Below are positions 48,985 to 58,439 of a DNA stretch of 64,000 bases, in pieces. The first letter of the stretch is position 1; every line of letters begins with the position of its first letter. The stretch lies in IMG/VR virus record IMGVR_UViG_3300032315_001572, positions 25,549 through 89,548 of that record; one strand, 5' to 3'. The notes under the pieces are model-generated. The model made no database searches. It was not told where the DNA came from and worked only from the letters and a program-made list of their open reading frames with translations. The position numbers were made by a program, and so were the translations under genes. The stretch comes from a virus.

Positions 48985-49332
48985 TTACTTACCTTCGGAT
49001 AAAATATCTTTTGCTTTTTTATTTAAACTAACAGTGCTTTCTTTCGATTTTGGAATATTAAAAAGTGAAACATGTTTTCTGAATTCTGCAATTAATCTTT
49101 TTGTAAGAGTTTCACGATTATCGATTGGTACTAAACCAATTTTATTGGCGTGAGATTGTAGGTCGCTCTTGTTCATATCGTTAAGAAAATTAACATATTC
49201 CTTCTCATTAGCGGTTTGATATCTTGAATTGACATTATCACCCCAAATTTGATCTAGTGTTTTATATTGAATATTTTCAATCTTTCCGTGGGTTTGATGC
49301 ATATTTTCTAAATTTACTTTTTTTCTGCTCAT
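48985..49332 (-). CDS. Hypothetical protein after the major capsid gene
   Basis: 115 aa; GGAG SD; TATAAT at 49354-49349. Confidence 0.7.
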   Translation of the reverse strand: MSRKKVNLENMHQTHGKIENIQYKTLDQIWGDNVNSRYQTANEKEYVNFLNDMNKSDLQSHANKIGLVPIDNRETLTKRLIAEFRKHVSLFNIPKSKESTVSLNKKAKDILSEGK

Positions 49333-49387
49333 AATATCTCCTTACTATATTATAAATCTAATAGCGCTAATTTCTAATGTTTTATTC

Positions 49388-49426
49388 AAAAAAAAGACCC
49401 AGTAGGGATAAACCTACTGGGCCTTT
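49388..49426 (-). terminator. Intrinsic terminator after the major capsid gene
   Basis: AAAGGCCCAGTAGG-TTTATC-CCTACTGGGTCTTTTTTTT. Confidence 0.9.
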
Positions 49427-49446
49427 AATTTTTATCTAAGTATTAA

Positions 49447-50538
49447 TTAGACAATTAGTCCAGCGACTACACGACCGTCAATACAAACGCGACCCTCTTC
49501 GAGAGAACCGTAGAAACCAGTTTTCTCAGAGCGAGCAACGAATTGATCATCTGGAAGAACGGTGAATGTTCCACCGCTTTCAGCTTGACGAGCGATTGGG
49601 CGGATAAAGCCTTCTCTGCTTAGGTCGAGACCAACTACGAGTTCTTTTGTAACGCTATCAAAAGTTTGTGAACCTTTGAATGCATCAAATAGAGCGCTGT
49701 ATTTTTGGCCTACGCCTAGTTCAACGAGTTCATGGAGGGTTACGCCATAAAGCTCTTGAGCGCCAGCACCACGATAGATTTCTTCACGGACACCATCAGG
49801 AAGATTTGTTCCTGCTGCGCCGCCAGTTGTGGTGAATGGTTGATAAGCGAATGCACGGATATCAGCCTTGATTTCTGGACTAATAAATAAATCTGTTAGT
49901 CCGTATGAATCAGTGGTTGTACCACCAGCATAAGAGGTATTAATTCTTTTTACTAGTGTCATTAGGTTGTTTAAATCACCCAATGCGAATGTGCCACCTG
50001 TTGCAGCGTTGATGATTTGACCACCAGCAACTCCGTTGTTTGTCCCAACGGCTGGAGTACGAGCTTCTGCAAGGGCTTTTAATACTACTGCCCAAGCATT
50101 ACGTTCTTGTTTTACGAGAACTTCATTGCTCATTCTCTCTACTGCTTTACTTACTACATCAATACGGCCAGTACGAGCATAGCGCTTTAGGAAGCTAACT
50201 GCTGCATCGAGGCGGTATGTTGAGATTTTCAACTCACTGAAGCCTTCTACTGCTGAAGAAGGAAGTCCACCTGCTACATTTTGACTCCAAACTGTAACAT
50301 AGTCTTGACTTTGGTCAAACCATAGGTCAAGAGGAAGACTAGGATTATCATCTGCATCATAGGGTGCATCAGTATAGATTGCACTGGCTGTGCCAGCTTG
50401 CATTAGAACCTTACTTACAACTGGTCCAATGAAAGCAGCAAAAGCTTCTGAAGCTTCGCGAGCTACTGTAACATCTCTGCTACCCATAGCTTTTACAAGC
50501 TCAACTTGCTCTGGTGTATTTTTTAATTTGATTTTCAT
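49447..50538 (-). CDS. Major capsid protein
   Basis: 363 aa after protease/scaffold and cement genes; AAGGAG SD, terminator and higher GC. Confidence 0.8.
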   Translation of the reverse strand: MKIKLKNTPEQVELVKAMGSRDVTVAREASEAFAAFIGPVVSKVLMQAGTASAIYTDAPYDADDNPSLPLDLWFDQSQDYVTVWSQNVAGGLPSSAVEGFSELKISTYRLDAAVSFLKRYARTGRIDVVSKAVERMSNEVLVKQERNAWAVVLKALAEARTPAVGTNNGVAGGQIINAATGGTFALGDLNNLMTLVKRINTSYAGGTTTDSYGLTDLFISPEIKADIRAFAYQPFTTTGGAAGTNLPDGVREEIYRGAGAQELYGVTLHELVELGVGQKYSALFDAFKGSQTFDSVTKELVVGLDLSREGFIRPIARQAESGGTFTVLPDDQFVARSEKTGFYGSLEEGRVCIDGRVVAGLIV

Positions 50539-50558
50539 TTTTTATAATTCTCCTTAAA

Positions 50559-51176
50559 TTAGAAGTTGAGTTTGAGTAGAGCAACACCATTTACTGGTTT
50601 GCTAAGTAGAGTGCCGACTTTATTGCTTGGTGTTGCACCATTAGCAGTACTGTCAACTGTACTTAGTTCACCTGCATTTAGGTTACTTATATAAACTCCT
50701 GCGCCAACAGCAGCTGTGTTAGCAATTTCTGTTCCACTATAGACTACAACGCCTCTAGTTAGAACTGGAACACCTTGTCCACTGACGACTACTCCCTTTT
50801 CAGCAGCTTTGCGTGGGAATTGAATGAGCTTTTGGCCATTCTCGTCTAGTTCTTGGGTGGTTACTAATGTAATTCCAAGAGCTGCAGAACCAGAGTTTGC
50901 AGCTGTTACTTTTGCTGTTAAAGCATAGCGATCAGAAACTACGTTTGTAAATCCTGCGCCTACTGCACCAGCTAGATCAGTTGGCACTGTGCCTAGAAAT
51001 CCTGTTCCACCTGGAGTTGTAGAGGCTACGATTGGTTGAAAACCGTTTCCGATAACTTTAACTACTGTACCTGCAGTGGCAATAACGCCATTAGCGTCTT
51101 GAGCTCCACTGTAAGCAAATAGGTTGACTACATCATGTTCGCTGTAATCTCTGAATGGTCTTAATGTATGTGCCAT
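50559..51176 (-). CDS. Capsid cement/decoration protein
   Basis: Ala/Gly/Val-rich; lies between scaffold and capsid genes; VVSGQGVPVLTRG. Confidence 0.7.
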   Translation of the reverse strand: MAHTLRPFRDYSEHDVVNLFAYSGAQDANGVIATAGTVVKVIGNGFQPIVASTTPGGTGFLGTVPTDLAGAVGAGFTNVVSDRYALTAKVTAANSGSAALGITLVTTQELDENGQKLIQFPRKAAEKGVVVSGQGVPVLTRGVVVYSGTEIANTAAVGAGVYISNLNAGELSTVDSTANGATPSNKVGTLLSKPVNGVALLKLNF

Positions 51177-51197
51177 AGTATTTTTCTCCTTATTTGT

Positions 51198-52742
51198 TTA
51201 TTTAATATCAAATCCTTCAAGACCGAAGGCTTTGCTATATTTTTCACGTAGCGAAGGTTCAACGGTTGTTGTTGAATTTGGGATTGAATTTGTTTCGATA
51301 TTTGAATTATCGAGAACTTCATCTACAACTTCGGTTGCAGATTGTTCAGAAGCTGTTGAAGCTTTAACTTCTTCGGTTACTTGAGCAACTTCAGAGGCTT
51401 TAGCTTTTTTCATTTCTTCTTCTTTTGCTTTTTTAGCAGCTTTATTTTTTTCTTTCATAAGAACTGCCATCTTATTTTTGTAAGCAGCAAAAGTTTCATC
51501 ATTCAAATCTTTTACGTCAGTAGCTAGAACTTGACGATCTTCATCAGTTAGATCGTATTCTTCATCAAGAGAAGCCATTCTTACGTTAAATGCTTCTTCT
51601 TTGATTTTAGCAGCTTTTTCTTCCTCTAATTGAGCAAGAACAGCTTTGAGTTTTTCTAGCTCTTCTTTTACTTTACCACTCTCTGTTGAAAGTGATTCGT
51701 ATTTTTCTTGAGCGGCTTTAATAGCGTTATCTTTTTCAGTTCTTTCGGCTACGAAAGTTTCTGAGGCTTTCTTTAGCTCGTCTTGGATGAAATCAGCTAC
51801 GCTAGAAGCAGTTACTTGCTTCAAAAGCTCGTCTGTTATTTGGTTGATATTTTCTATTTTCATAATTATTCTGTTTATAACTCCTTCTTCATTTACAGTA
51901 TTTTCTTCATCTTGTGAAATATTATTTTCAGAAGATACTTCTGAAGAGTCTGACATTTGGTCATTTTCTTCTGGTTTGGATAATTCAATATCCATTTGGT
52001 TTTCGTCTTTGACGGCTACTCCTTGAACATCAGCAGCAGGATTAGCTGTTAAGCCTATTCCTAATGGAATAACATTTCCTAATACTTGACGATAAATAGA
52101 CGTATTTTTATCTACTCTACCAGAGCCACCAAAAGCTTTTAAATTTTTCTTTAATTTTTCTTTTTCTTTTTCATTAGATACAAATGTACCATCTTCTAGA
52201 TTTTTATTATTGCCATTTAATAGAACTAAATCATATTCATTAAATCCAAGCTCCCAGCTAGCGCTAACATTCATGTAATTTTCGCTAGAAGGATCATTAC
52301 TTTCTTCGATAAGATTAGATAATTGAGGATTAATAATTTTCCAAATTACACCACCTAGGGTAATATAATAAGGTTCTTTCATCTTTTTGGCTTCATCTTC
52401 TGTGATTACTTGATTATCGCCAAACTTACTAAAACTAGCTGTTAATATGCAACCAACAACTTTTGTTCTATCGTGTTCAACATTAATTGGTTTATTAACG
52501 AAATTTTTAAGCATTTCTACTGCTGTAGAAGAATCCACTACATCACCATTTTTATTAACTCTATTCACTACACAAGCATCAAAAGCAATAGGAAGAAGAT
52601 CAATATTCTTATCTGTATCAATATTTGGTACAAATTTCTTTAAACTATCAATAGAAGCTAATGAAAGATATTTATCTTTCTCTTCACTAACTAGTGGTTT
52701 AACTTGTAAATTTGCAAATGTGGTTGTAAATTGAAAATTCAT
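51198..52742 (-). CDS. Prohead protease-scaffold fusion
   Basis: NKNGD, NKPINVEH, SASWE and GIGLTANPAA, followed by an E/K-rich coiled coil. Confidence 0.8.
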   Translation of the reverse strand: MNFQFTTTFANLQVKPLVSEEKDKYLSLASIDSLKKFVPNIDTDKNIDLLPIAFDACVVNRVNKNGDVVDSSTAVEMLKNFVNKPINVEHDRTKVVGCILTASFSKFGDNQVITEDEAKKMKEPYYITLGGVIWKIINPQLSNLIEESNDPSSENYMNVSASWELGFNEYDLVLLNGNNKNLEDGTFVSNEKEKEKLKKNLKAFGGSGRVDKNTSIYRQVLGNVIPLGIGLTANPAADVQGVAVKDENQMDIELSKPEENDQMSDSSEVSSENNISQDEENTVNEEGVINRIIMKIENINQITDELLKQVTASSVADFIQDELKKASETFVAERTEKDNAIKAAQEKYESLSTESGKVKEELEKLKAVLAQLEEEKAAKIKEEAFNVRMASLDEEYDLTDEDRQVLATDVKDLNDETFAAYKNKMAVLMKEKNKAAKKAKEEEMKKAKASEVAQVTEEVKASTASEQSATEVVDEVLDNSNIETNSIPNSTTTVEPSLREKYSKAFGLEGFDIK

Positions 52743-52746
52743 ATTT

Positions 52747-53340
52747 TTATATATTATTATCTAAACCATAAATAGTTACACCATCTTCTTCATCATCAAG
52801 ATAAAGTTCGTCTGGAGATTCAAAATCAAAATCATTTAAATCAAAATTTTTAATATCTTCTTGTGCTTGTGCAAAATCTTCATCATCTGGTTCAAAATTA
52901 GCTTCAACTGTATAATTATTAGATGAACCACGAGCGATATCACTATCAGCTTTTCTATAAGAATCTTTTACTTTACCACCACCTACCATTTTTAAAAACA
53001 TATTTACGCGTGCCATAGCCCAACCACCTCTAGTCATTCCTGGCCTGTGAGAAGAAGAAAATGCGCCTGCACCACGACGATATACTTTTTTTAATTGACC
53101 AAGAGTTACTTTTTTCTTATTTTTACTATTGTGTTCTTTAACTTTATTTTTAAGAGCTTCAATTACTTTTTTAGAAAATTCAATTGCTTTATCGCTCTTT
53201 GTTCCTGCGCTACCAGGCTTATTTTTAGATGAGCCTTTGCGTCTTTCAGATGGTTTTGCTGGAGTTTGAGCTGCGGATTTTCGACCAGATCTTTTGGCTT
53301 TAATCAAGTCAAAGCCATATTGTTCAGAATTGTAATTCAT
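52747..53340 (-). CDS. Basic/acidic head-associated protein with a DUF5824-like motif
   Basis: LKKVYRRGAGAFSSSHRPGMTRGGWAMARVNMFL; likely start MNYNS at 53340, after GTGTATA (53361-53355). Confidence 0.6.
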   Translation of the reverse strand: MNYNSEQYGFDLIKAKRSGRKSAAQTPAKPSERRKGSSKNKPGSAGTKSDKAIEFSKKVIEALKNKVKEHNSKNKKKVTLGQLKKVYRRGAGAFSSSHRPGMTRGGWAMARVNMFLKMVGGGKVKDSYRKADSDIARGSSNNYTVEANFEPDDEDFAQAQEDIKNFDLNDFDFESPDELYLDDEEDGVTIYGLDNNI

Positions 53341-53390
53341 ATTCTTATATATAATATACACCTAAACGTTATATTTTTAATTAATTTTAA

Positions 53391-53540
53391 TTATTTTTTG
53401 TATAATTCTTTAGAAACGTCGTCTGCAGAACCCATTGTTGGAGTTTCTGGATATTTTGTTGGTAATTCTCTGCTATCTAGATTCGGCTCTGAACAACTAA
53501 CTAGTAAAAATAAAGGCAATATCAATATTAATTTTTTCAT
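53391..53540 (-). CDS. 49-aa lipoprotein absent from the ORF track
   Basis: MKKLILILPLFLLVSC-SEPNLDSRELPTKYPETPTMGSADDVSKELYKK; signal peptide and lipobox; preceded by GTGTAAT-N7-ATG. Confidence 0.75.
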   Translation of the reverse strand: MKKLILILPLFLLVSCSEPNLDSRELPTKYPETPTMGSADDVSKELYKK

Positions 53541-53547
53541 AAAGATT

Positions 53548-53554
53548 ATTACAC
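53548..53554 (-). promoter_or_regulatory. GTGTAAT motif 7 nt before ATG 53540
   Basis: Recurrent motif. Confidence 0.7.
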
Positions 53555-53555
53555 T

Positions 53556-55895
53556 TTATACTATAACCATTTGCTTACCATCGTTAAATGATCCGAGTTC
53601 ATTTTTAAATTCCCCAGTAACAAAAGCTCCATCTTCTAAGTATTGAAAGTATTTAAAAGATCCTACGCTTGGATAATAAAAAATAAATGGTTTTATTTCA
53701 TTTTTATATCTTTTGAATGAAAGATGTGGAATACGAGATAAGCTGTTTTGATCTCCTAAATTATATTTTTGTATTGAGCCGCCTTTGTTTGTTATATAAA
53801 ATCCGCTACGATTACTAAATCCTCTATATGATATGCCATAATAATTTTCTCCAGAATTGTATTTAAAATTATTAAAAAAATATGAATCATTTAAGGCAGC
53901 ACTATCTATAATACTATTTGTCCAATTTGTTCCATTGTATTCTGATATATTTAAATATCCTGTTTGTTCATTTTGGCTACGTGTTGGATATGCTAAAATA
54001 GGATTTCCATCGCTTTTAAAATCTAAATAAATTTCACTAGATTCTCTATAACTTTGAGATATTCTAGTTTGCGTCCAACCAGTTGTAATTGGATCCATTT
54101 CGTAATAAAATACTCCAGTCTGTGCACCTTGGACAAATGATCCATCGGCTGCTGTAATTAAACAATATTTATTAGTTATTGGATTAACTTTAAAATCTGT
54201 CTGAATGCCATAATTTCCCGTATATGGCGTATTATAATATGTATAACCCGATCCAATTGAATCTGCTTTTATTAATGCTCCTCCATAACGTGTTGGACTA
54301 GTTGCGAAACCTAAAACGCTCATAATTACTTGATTTGTATTTTTATCAAAATCAAATGGCCCACCACCGATAATAGTCATTTTCGTATTTGTGCCACTAA
54401 AATTAATATCTCCAGATGGAAAAGCTAATCCTGTCCAAGATGTTCTTTGAAGATTTGCTGGATAATAAAAATTTACGTTAGGTGGAGCTATCGTTGTAAA
54501 ATTTGGTTGATTAGTAACAGGATTGATTTTTATATCATAAGAAAATATAGTTTGTGCGGTTGGTATTGGTTTTGGTGATAAATTTTTAGAGCTAGCAGTT
54601 ACTTGAGGAGATTTATATTCATAAAAAGTATAAATTCCGACTGTATAAACTTTTAAATCATCTTTCAAAAAATCTAATCCAAATTCATAATTGCTTGATT
54701 GATCTATACTTTTTAAAATATTTTCTCCAGAAAAAGTTGTTTCATTAATAGTCGATGGCGAATTACTTATATTTTTTATATATTTAATAATATTATCTTT
54801 TTTATAAAAAACAATTGGTTGAAGATCAGAGTCTACTTTTAAATAACTATTTTTAGTTTTATCAAAATAACTTTCTCCACTTAGCAAATCAATAAAATTT
54901 TGGCCAAAAGCAGATATATTTGGATCCCAATTTGTTTCAGTAATAAACTGTTTATTAAATACTATTTTATTTTTGTCTTCTATGTAACTGATATACCAAT
55001 AATTATCATTATTTAAAGATTTTTCTAATTGAGGTTTTTGATATATTATATCATTTTGACGGGCTACAAGTTTTCCAGAAAGCCAAATATTGTTGCTATT
55101 TTTAATATTTATATAAGTTCCACTTGTATTTCCTGCCATTAAAACTACTGGTTGATTTATTTTTTCATCAATTTTAGAAACGGCATATCTTTTATTATCG
55201 CCAGAATTTAAAGTGTTTACGTTGGTTATTGTCCATAAAATTCCATTATATTTAGCAGATTTTAAAACTGAAGAATCACCTTGTATAAAATGAACGAAAG
55301 GATAATTATCACTAGGATCAAAAAGCAAAGTAGCATAATTTATATTATTTGCTGCTGAAGCTCCGTTAGATATTATAGTCTTTACAAAAGATGATCCATC
55401 GTATTTATAATAATTTAAATCATAATTAGTTGAATCATAAGATATACATGCTGGTAAATTATCATTGGGATCGTATTGTAAATCAATTGAATCGTTGTTT
55501 GCTGCTGGGCCAATATTTCCTACCGATATATTGCTCCAAGTTTCATTACTTAATTTTGAATAATGTAAATAATAATTTGGTGCAACATAATTGTAATATG
55601 CAAAAGATGGATTCTGATCTGATGGGTCATATCTTACAATCATATTAGTACTCGAGTAAGATGGTGAATTAATTATATACTCTTTTAGATTTCCATCTTT
55701 TTTAACCTGTGCATAGAAATTTGATTCGCCACTTTTTGTTACTAATGTATATTCTGATAAAATTAAATTTTCTGTTTCAGCGGATGATGATAGACTATAT
55801 GAATTAGTATAAATTATATTATTATTATAAACTCCTGGAATTCCAATGGTATATAATCTACCATTTCCTAAATTTGTTGTCTGAAGTATACCCAT
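53556..55895 (-). CDS. Beta-propeller-like putative virion surface protein
   Basis: Repeated (Y/F)DPxDxxP...Y...L.Y....W blades. Confidence 0.6.
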   Translation of the reverse strand: MGILQTTNLGNGRLYTIGIPGVYNNNIIYTNSYSLSSSAETENLILSEYTLVTKSGESNFYAQVKKDGNLKEYIINSPSYSSTNMIVRYDPSDQNPSFAYYNYVAPNYYLHYSKLSNETWSNISVGNIGPAANNDSIDLQYDPNDNLPACISYDSTNYDLNYYKYDGSSFVKTIISNGASAANNINYATLLFDPSDNYPFVHFIQGDSSVLKSAKYNGILWTITNVNTLNSGDNKRYAVSKIDEKINQPVVLMAGNTSGTYINIKNSNNIWLSGKLVARQNDIIYQKPQLEKSLNNDNYWYISYIEDKNKIVFNKQFITETNWDPNISAFGQNFIDLLSGESYFDKTKNSYLKVDSDLQPIVFYKKDNIIKYIKNISNSPSTINETTFSGENILKSIDQSSNYEFGLDFLKDDLKVYTVGIYTFYEYKSPQVTASSKNLSPKPIPTAQTIFSYDIKINPVTNQPNFTTIAPPNVNFYYPANLQRTSWTGLAFPSGDINFSGTNTKMTIIGGGPFDFDKNTNQVIMSVLGFATSPTRYGGALIKADSIGSGYTYYNTPYTGNYGIQTDFKVNPITNKYCLITAADGSFVQGAQTGVFYYEMDPITTGWTQTRISQSYRESSEIYLDFKSDGNPILAYPTRSQNEQTGYLNISEYNGTNWTNSIIDSAALNDSYFFNNFKYNSGENYYGISYRGFSNRSGFYITNKGGSIQKYNLGDQNSLSRIPHLSFKRYKNEIKPFIFYYPSVGSFKYFQYLEDGAFVTGEFKNELGSFNDGKQMVIV

Positions 55896-55902
55896 TAAAA
55901 GT

Positions 55903-55909
55903 ATTACAC
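55903..55909 (-). promoter_or_regulatory. GTGTAAT motif formed by the endolysin's last codon and stop (GTG TAA T), 7 nt before ATG 55895
   Basis: Recurrent motif. Confidence 0.7.
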
Positions 55910-56530
55910 ACTTAATGATTCTTCTATAAGTTTAGCTTCTGCGTCTCGCCTTCTACTCATGCCCTTTTCTATGCTTCCACCAATCCATATTCTTTTCATA
56001 TTTCTTATTTGATTAGCAATAAATGATAAAGCTTTTTGATCATAGTTCGATACTAATTTCATACCATCTCTTATTAATTTCATTTCGCGGCGACGATCAC
56101 CTTCTAATGCATTTCCTCTATTAAATACAAGACTAACCAATCCACCTTTTGCATCTTCTGGAAGATTATCAAAATTAGGAAAAGTTTGTTTTGTTAAATT
56201 CCAAAACTTTGTTACTGTTTTATTATTAAATACTTTGAGCGCAAGTTCCCAAGGAATAGTTATATCTTTTAATCCTCTTATAAGATTTTTAGTATTATAT
56301 CCTTTAATACCAACTACTTTATATAATCTATCAAAAGTTTCTTTAGGAAGATCTTTCCAATCTTCACTAAATTCTGTTTTATTTACATAACCTAAATCGT
56401 AACCAACGCCAATAGTTACTCCACTTTGCTCTCCTGGCCATGCTGGATTTTTTAAAAATTTATTATAATAATTTTCTCCACCACCAACTTCAAATTCTAA
56501 AATAAGATCAAGAGATTTTTTTGAAAGCAT
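55904..56530 (-). CDS. Endolysin, lysozyme-like (GH24/pesticin-type)
   Basis: LILEFEVGG, WPGEQSGVTIGVGYDLG, LVSLVFNRG and RRRDAEA. Confidence 0.85.
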   Translation of the reverse strand: MLSKKSLDLILEFEVGGGENYYNKFLKNPAWPGEQSGVTIGVGYDLGYVNKTEFSEDWKDLPKETFDRLYKVVGIKGYNTKNLIRGLKDITIPWELALKVFNNKTVTKFWNLTKQTFPNFDNLPEDAKGGLVSLVFNRGNALEGDRRREMKLIRDGMKLVSNYDQKALSFIANQIRNMKRIWIGGSIEKGMSRRRDAEAKLIEESLSV

Positions 56531-56539
56531 TTTTATATT

Positions 56540-56809
56540 TTACCATTCAGCCATAGAAACTCTTATCCAGTTATCATCTCCTGCGCTATAATAAATATAA
56601 TTACCATCTGAAGCCAATTGTCCACTTGTACCTGGAGATGATATAGTTGAAGGATAATAAGTGCTATAACTATATAAATTCAAGAGTCCATCTTCTGGTG
56701 ATGTGGTATATGGAAGGTAAGTAGATAAATATCCTAATCCTTGATTTTGTTTAGAAATCAAAAGCTCATTATTTTTCGCCTGATTATAAGAAAAAGAAAT
56801 TTCGCCCAT
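56540..56809 (-). CDS. Small putative virion protein with a GxxGQxxxDxxYxY...WxR module
   Basis: Module shared with 56811-57029 and the C-terminus of 32271-34154. Confidence 0.65.
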   Translation of the reverse strand: MGEISFSYNQAKNNELLISKQNQGLGYLSTYLPYTTSPEDGLLNLYSYSTYYPSTISSPGTSGQLASDGNYIYYSAGDDNWIRVSMAEW

Positions 56810-56810
56810 T

Positions 56811-57029
56811 TTATTGCCATTGAGCTAGAGCTGTTCTAACCCATAGATCGGTAGCTTTACAAAAATAAAGATATTCGCCATCTGCAGTAATTTGTCCTGC
56901 TGTTCCTGGAGATGTTGAAGTTGCTGGAACATAAGATGTATCCATTACGAATCCTCCACTATATCCAGCGTCTGTAATAAAATCTGCTAAAGATGCTATA
57001 AGGTCTGCTGGAAATTCTTCTGTTTTCAT
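56811..57029 (-). CDS. Small putative virion protein with the same module
   Basis: PATSTSPGTAGQITADGEYLYFCKATDLWVR. Confidence 0.65.
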   Translation of the reverse strand: MKTEEFPADLIASLADFITDAGYSGGFVMDTSYVPATSTSPGTAGQITADGEYLYFCKATDLWVRTALAQWQ

Positions 57030-57039
57030 TCTATATTAG

Positions 57040-57046
57040 ATTACAC
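57040..57046 (-). promoter_or_regulatory. GTGTAAT motif 10 nt before ATG 57029
   Basis: Recurrent motif. Confidence 0.65.
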
Positions 57047-57129
57047 AATTTTAAAGATTTATTATAATAATTTAATATAGTTACTTTAAATTGTAAAATA
57101 ACATCTAACGATTCTCTTGATATCATATT

Positions 57130-57846
57130 TTATAATAATGAAAATACTGGAGTTGTTGTAATTTGAGGGCAAACATTATTAATATAAGCCGCTAGTTGCC
57201 AATTATTTGATGGAAATTTATCACTATTATTATAACTATTTGTGAAATATACTTCGTCTGAGCTTCTCATGTTATAAGACCCATCACCGCCATATCCATC
57301 TGGAGTTAGTGGGGTAGTTATATGGTAACTAAGATTATCTATTGGTCTATATCTAAAACTTGGTGCATCTAAATAAATCCATGTTCTATTTAAAAATGAA
57401 AAACTACAGTTTGCATCTGGATCAGATTGTAAATTGTTAAGTACTAACGATTGACCAAAAGTTATAAAATTAGGTGGGGCTTTATATAATGATATTTTTC
57501 CATTGCTAAAAGAAGAAACTTGGATATTACTTGGCCAAGTAGCTTCCCAAGGATTAGCTGCTGGATTTGTAGAGCTTGTTAAAGGAAGGAAATTATTCAA
57601 TAAATACTGCATGGCCCAGAAGGATGAAGTTGAACTAATAATTCTAATCCTAATTCCCTGATCAATACTCCTAATATACCATGGTTTTCCATTTATAAGA
57701 GAATTTTGTAAAAGATATACTCCATTAGGATCTATGCCAGGCGGTAAAATAGATCCTTCAGAAACGATAACTTGGGTAGGATTTTGTTTTTTAATAGAAA
57801 TTCTATTATTTTTACTTGAATTGTAATTCGCTTGTAAACGCCCCAT
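57130..57846 (-). CDS. Hypothetical putative virion decoration protein
   Basis: 238 aa; N-terminus similar to that of 56540-56809. Confidence 0.55.
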   Translation of the reverse strand: MGRLQANYNSSKNNRISIKKQNPTQVIVSEGSILPPGIDPNGVYLLQNSLINGKPWYIRSIDQGIRIRIISSTSSFWAMQYLLNNFLPLTSSTNPAANPWEATWPSNIQVSSFSNGKISLYKAPPNFITFGQSLVLNNLQSDPDANCSFSFLNRTWIYLDAPSFRYRPIDNLSYHITTPLTPDGYGGDGSYNMRSSDEVYFTNSYNNSDKFPSNNWQLAAYINNVCPQITTTPVFSLL

Positions 57847-57851
57847 TTTAT

Positions 57852-58268
57852 TTAATTATTTATTTTATCTATAGTCTTGTCTAAGATATTATCTTGAGGT
57901 ACTTTTTCTTTTGACCAAGAGTTCATAACTCCAAAATAAACAAGATGTTCACTACTAATAATAAATAATTCATTGCCAAAATTATCTTTATAAGGTTTAA
58001 TTCCAGAATCAATTTTTAGTTCTATTGCTTTTTCTTTTTTAAATTTGATTTTATACATACCAATTAAATTATTATATCTCTCTCGCGCTTGGGGAGTAAT
58101 TAATGCATCGTCTCCAACAAAAGAGATTAATCCACCATTATCCTTTTGATATTGTTTTGGAGTAGTTGCGTCATATGAAGATTTATTGTCTTCTATCTTA
58201 TTTGGTGTTATAGTCGCACAACCAATTAAAAGAATATTAAGAACTAATACGCTTGCGAATTTCTTCAA
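57852..58268 (-). CDS. Lipoprotein, o-spanin (Rz1-like) candidate
   Basis: Lipobox LIGC; overlaps the 3' end of the upstream gene by 32 bp. Confidence 0.6.
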   Translation of the reverse strand: MKKFASVLVLNILLIGCATITPNKIEDNKSSYDATTPKQYQKDNGGLISFVGDDALITPQARERYNNLIGMYKIKFKKEKAIELKIDSGIKPYKDNFGNELFIISSEHLVYFGVMNSWSKEKVPQDNILDKTIDKINN

Positions 58269-58437
58269 GATCTTTCTCCTTTACTGCTTTTTCTATTTCA
58301 CTTTGATTATGTACTTCTTTTTGAGCTTCTTGACGCTCTTTCATTTCTTTTGTATTCTTTGCGCCGAATACGTTATTGATTGCTGCGAATATTCCAGATA
58401 CTGCAGAAAGTAAAGCTTGGAGTATTCCAGTTGGCAT
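58237..58437 (-). CDS. i-spanin (Rz-like) candidate
   Basis: N-terminal hydrophobic segment followed by a charged coiled coil. Confidence 0.5.
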   Translation of the reverse strand: MPTGILQALLSAVSGIFAAINNVFGAKNTKEMKERQEAQKEVHNQSEIEKAVKEKDLEEIRKRISS

Positions 58438-58439
58438 AA

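Noticed and set aside
8771-52351. Intragenic GTGTAAT copies (e.g. 8771, 11813, 52345)
   Set aside because: A few chance hits are expected in AT-rich DNA, and these are not positioned before gene starts
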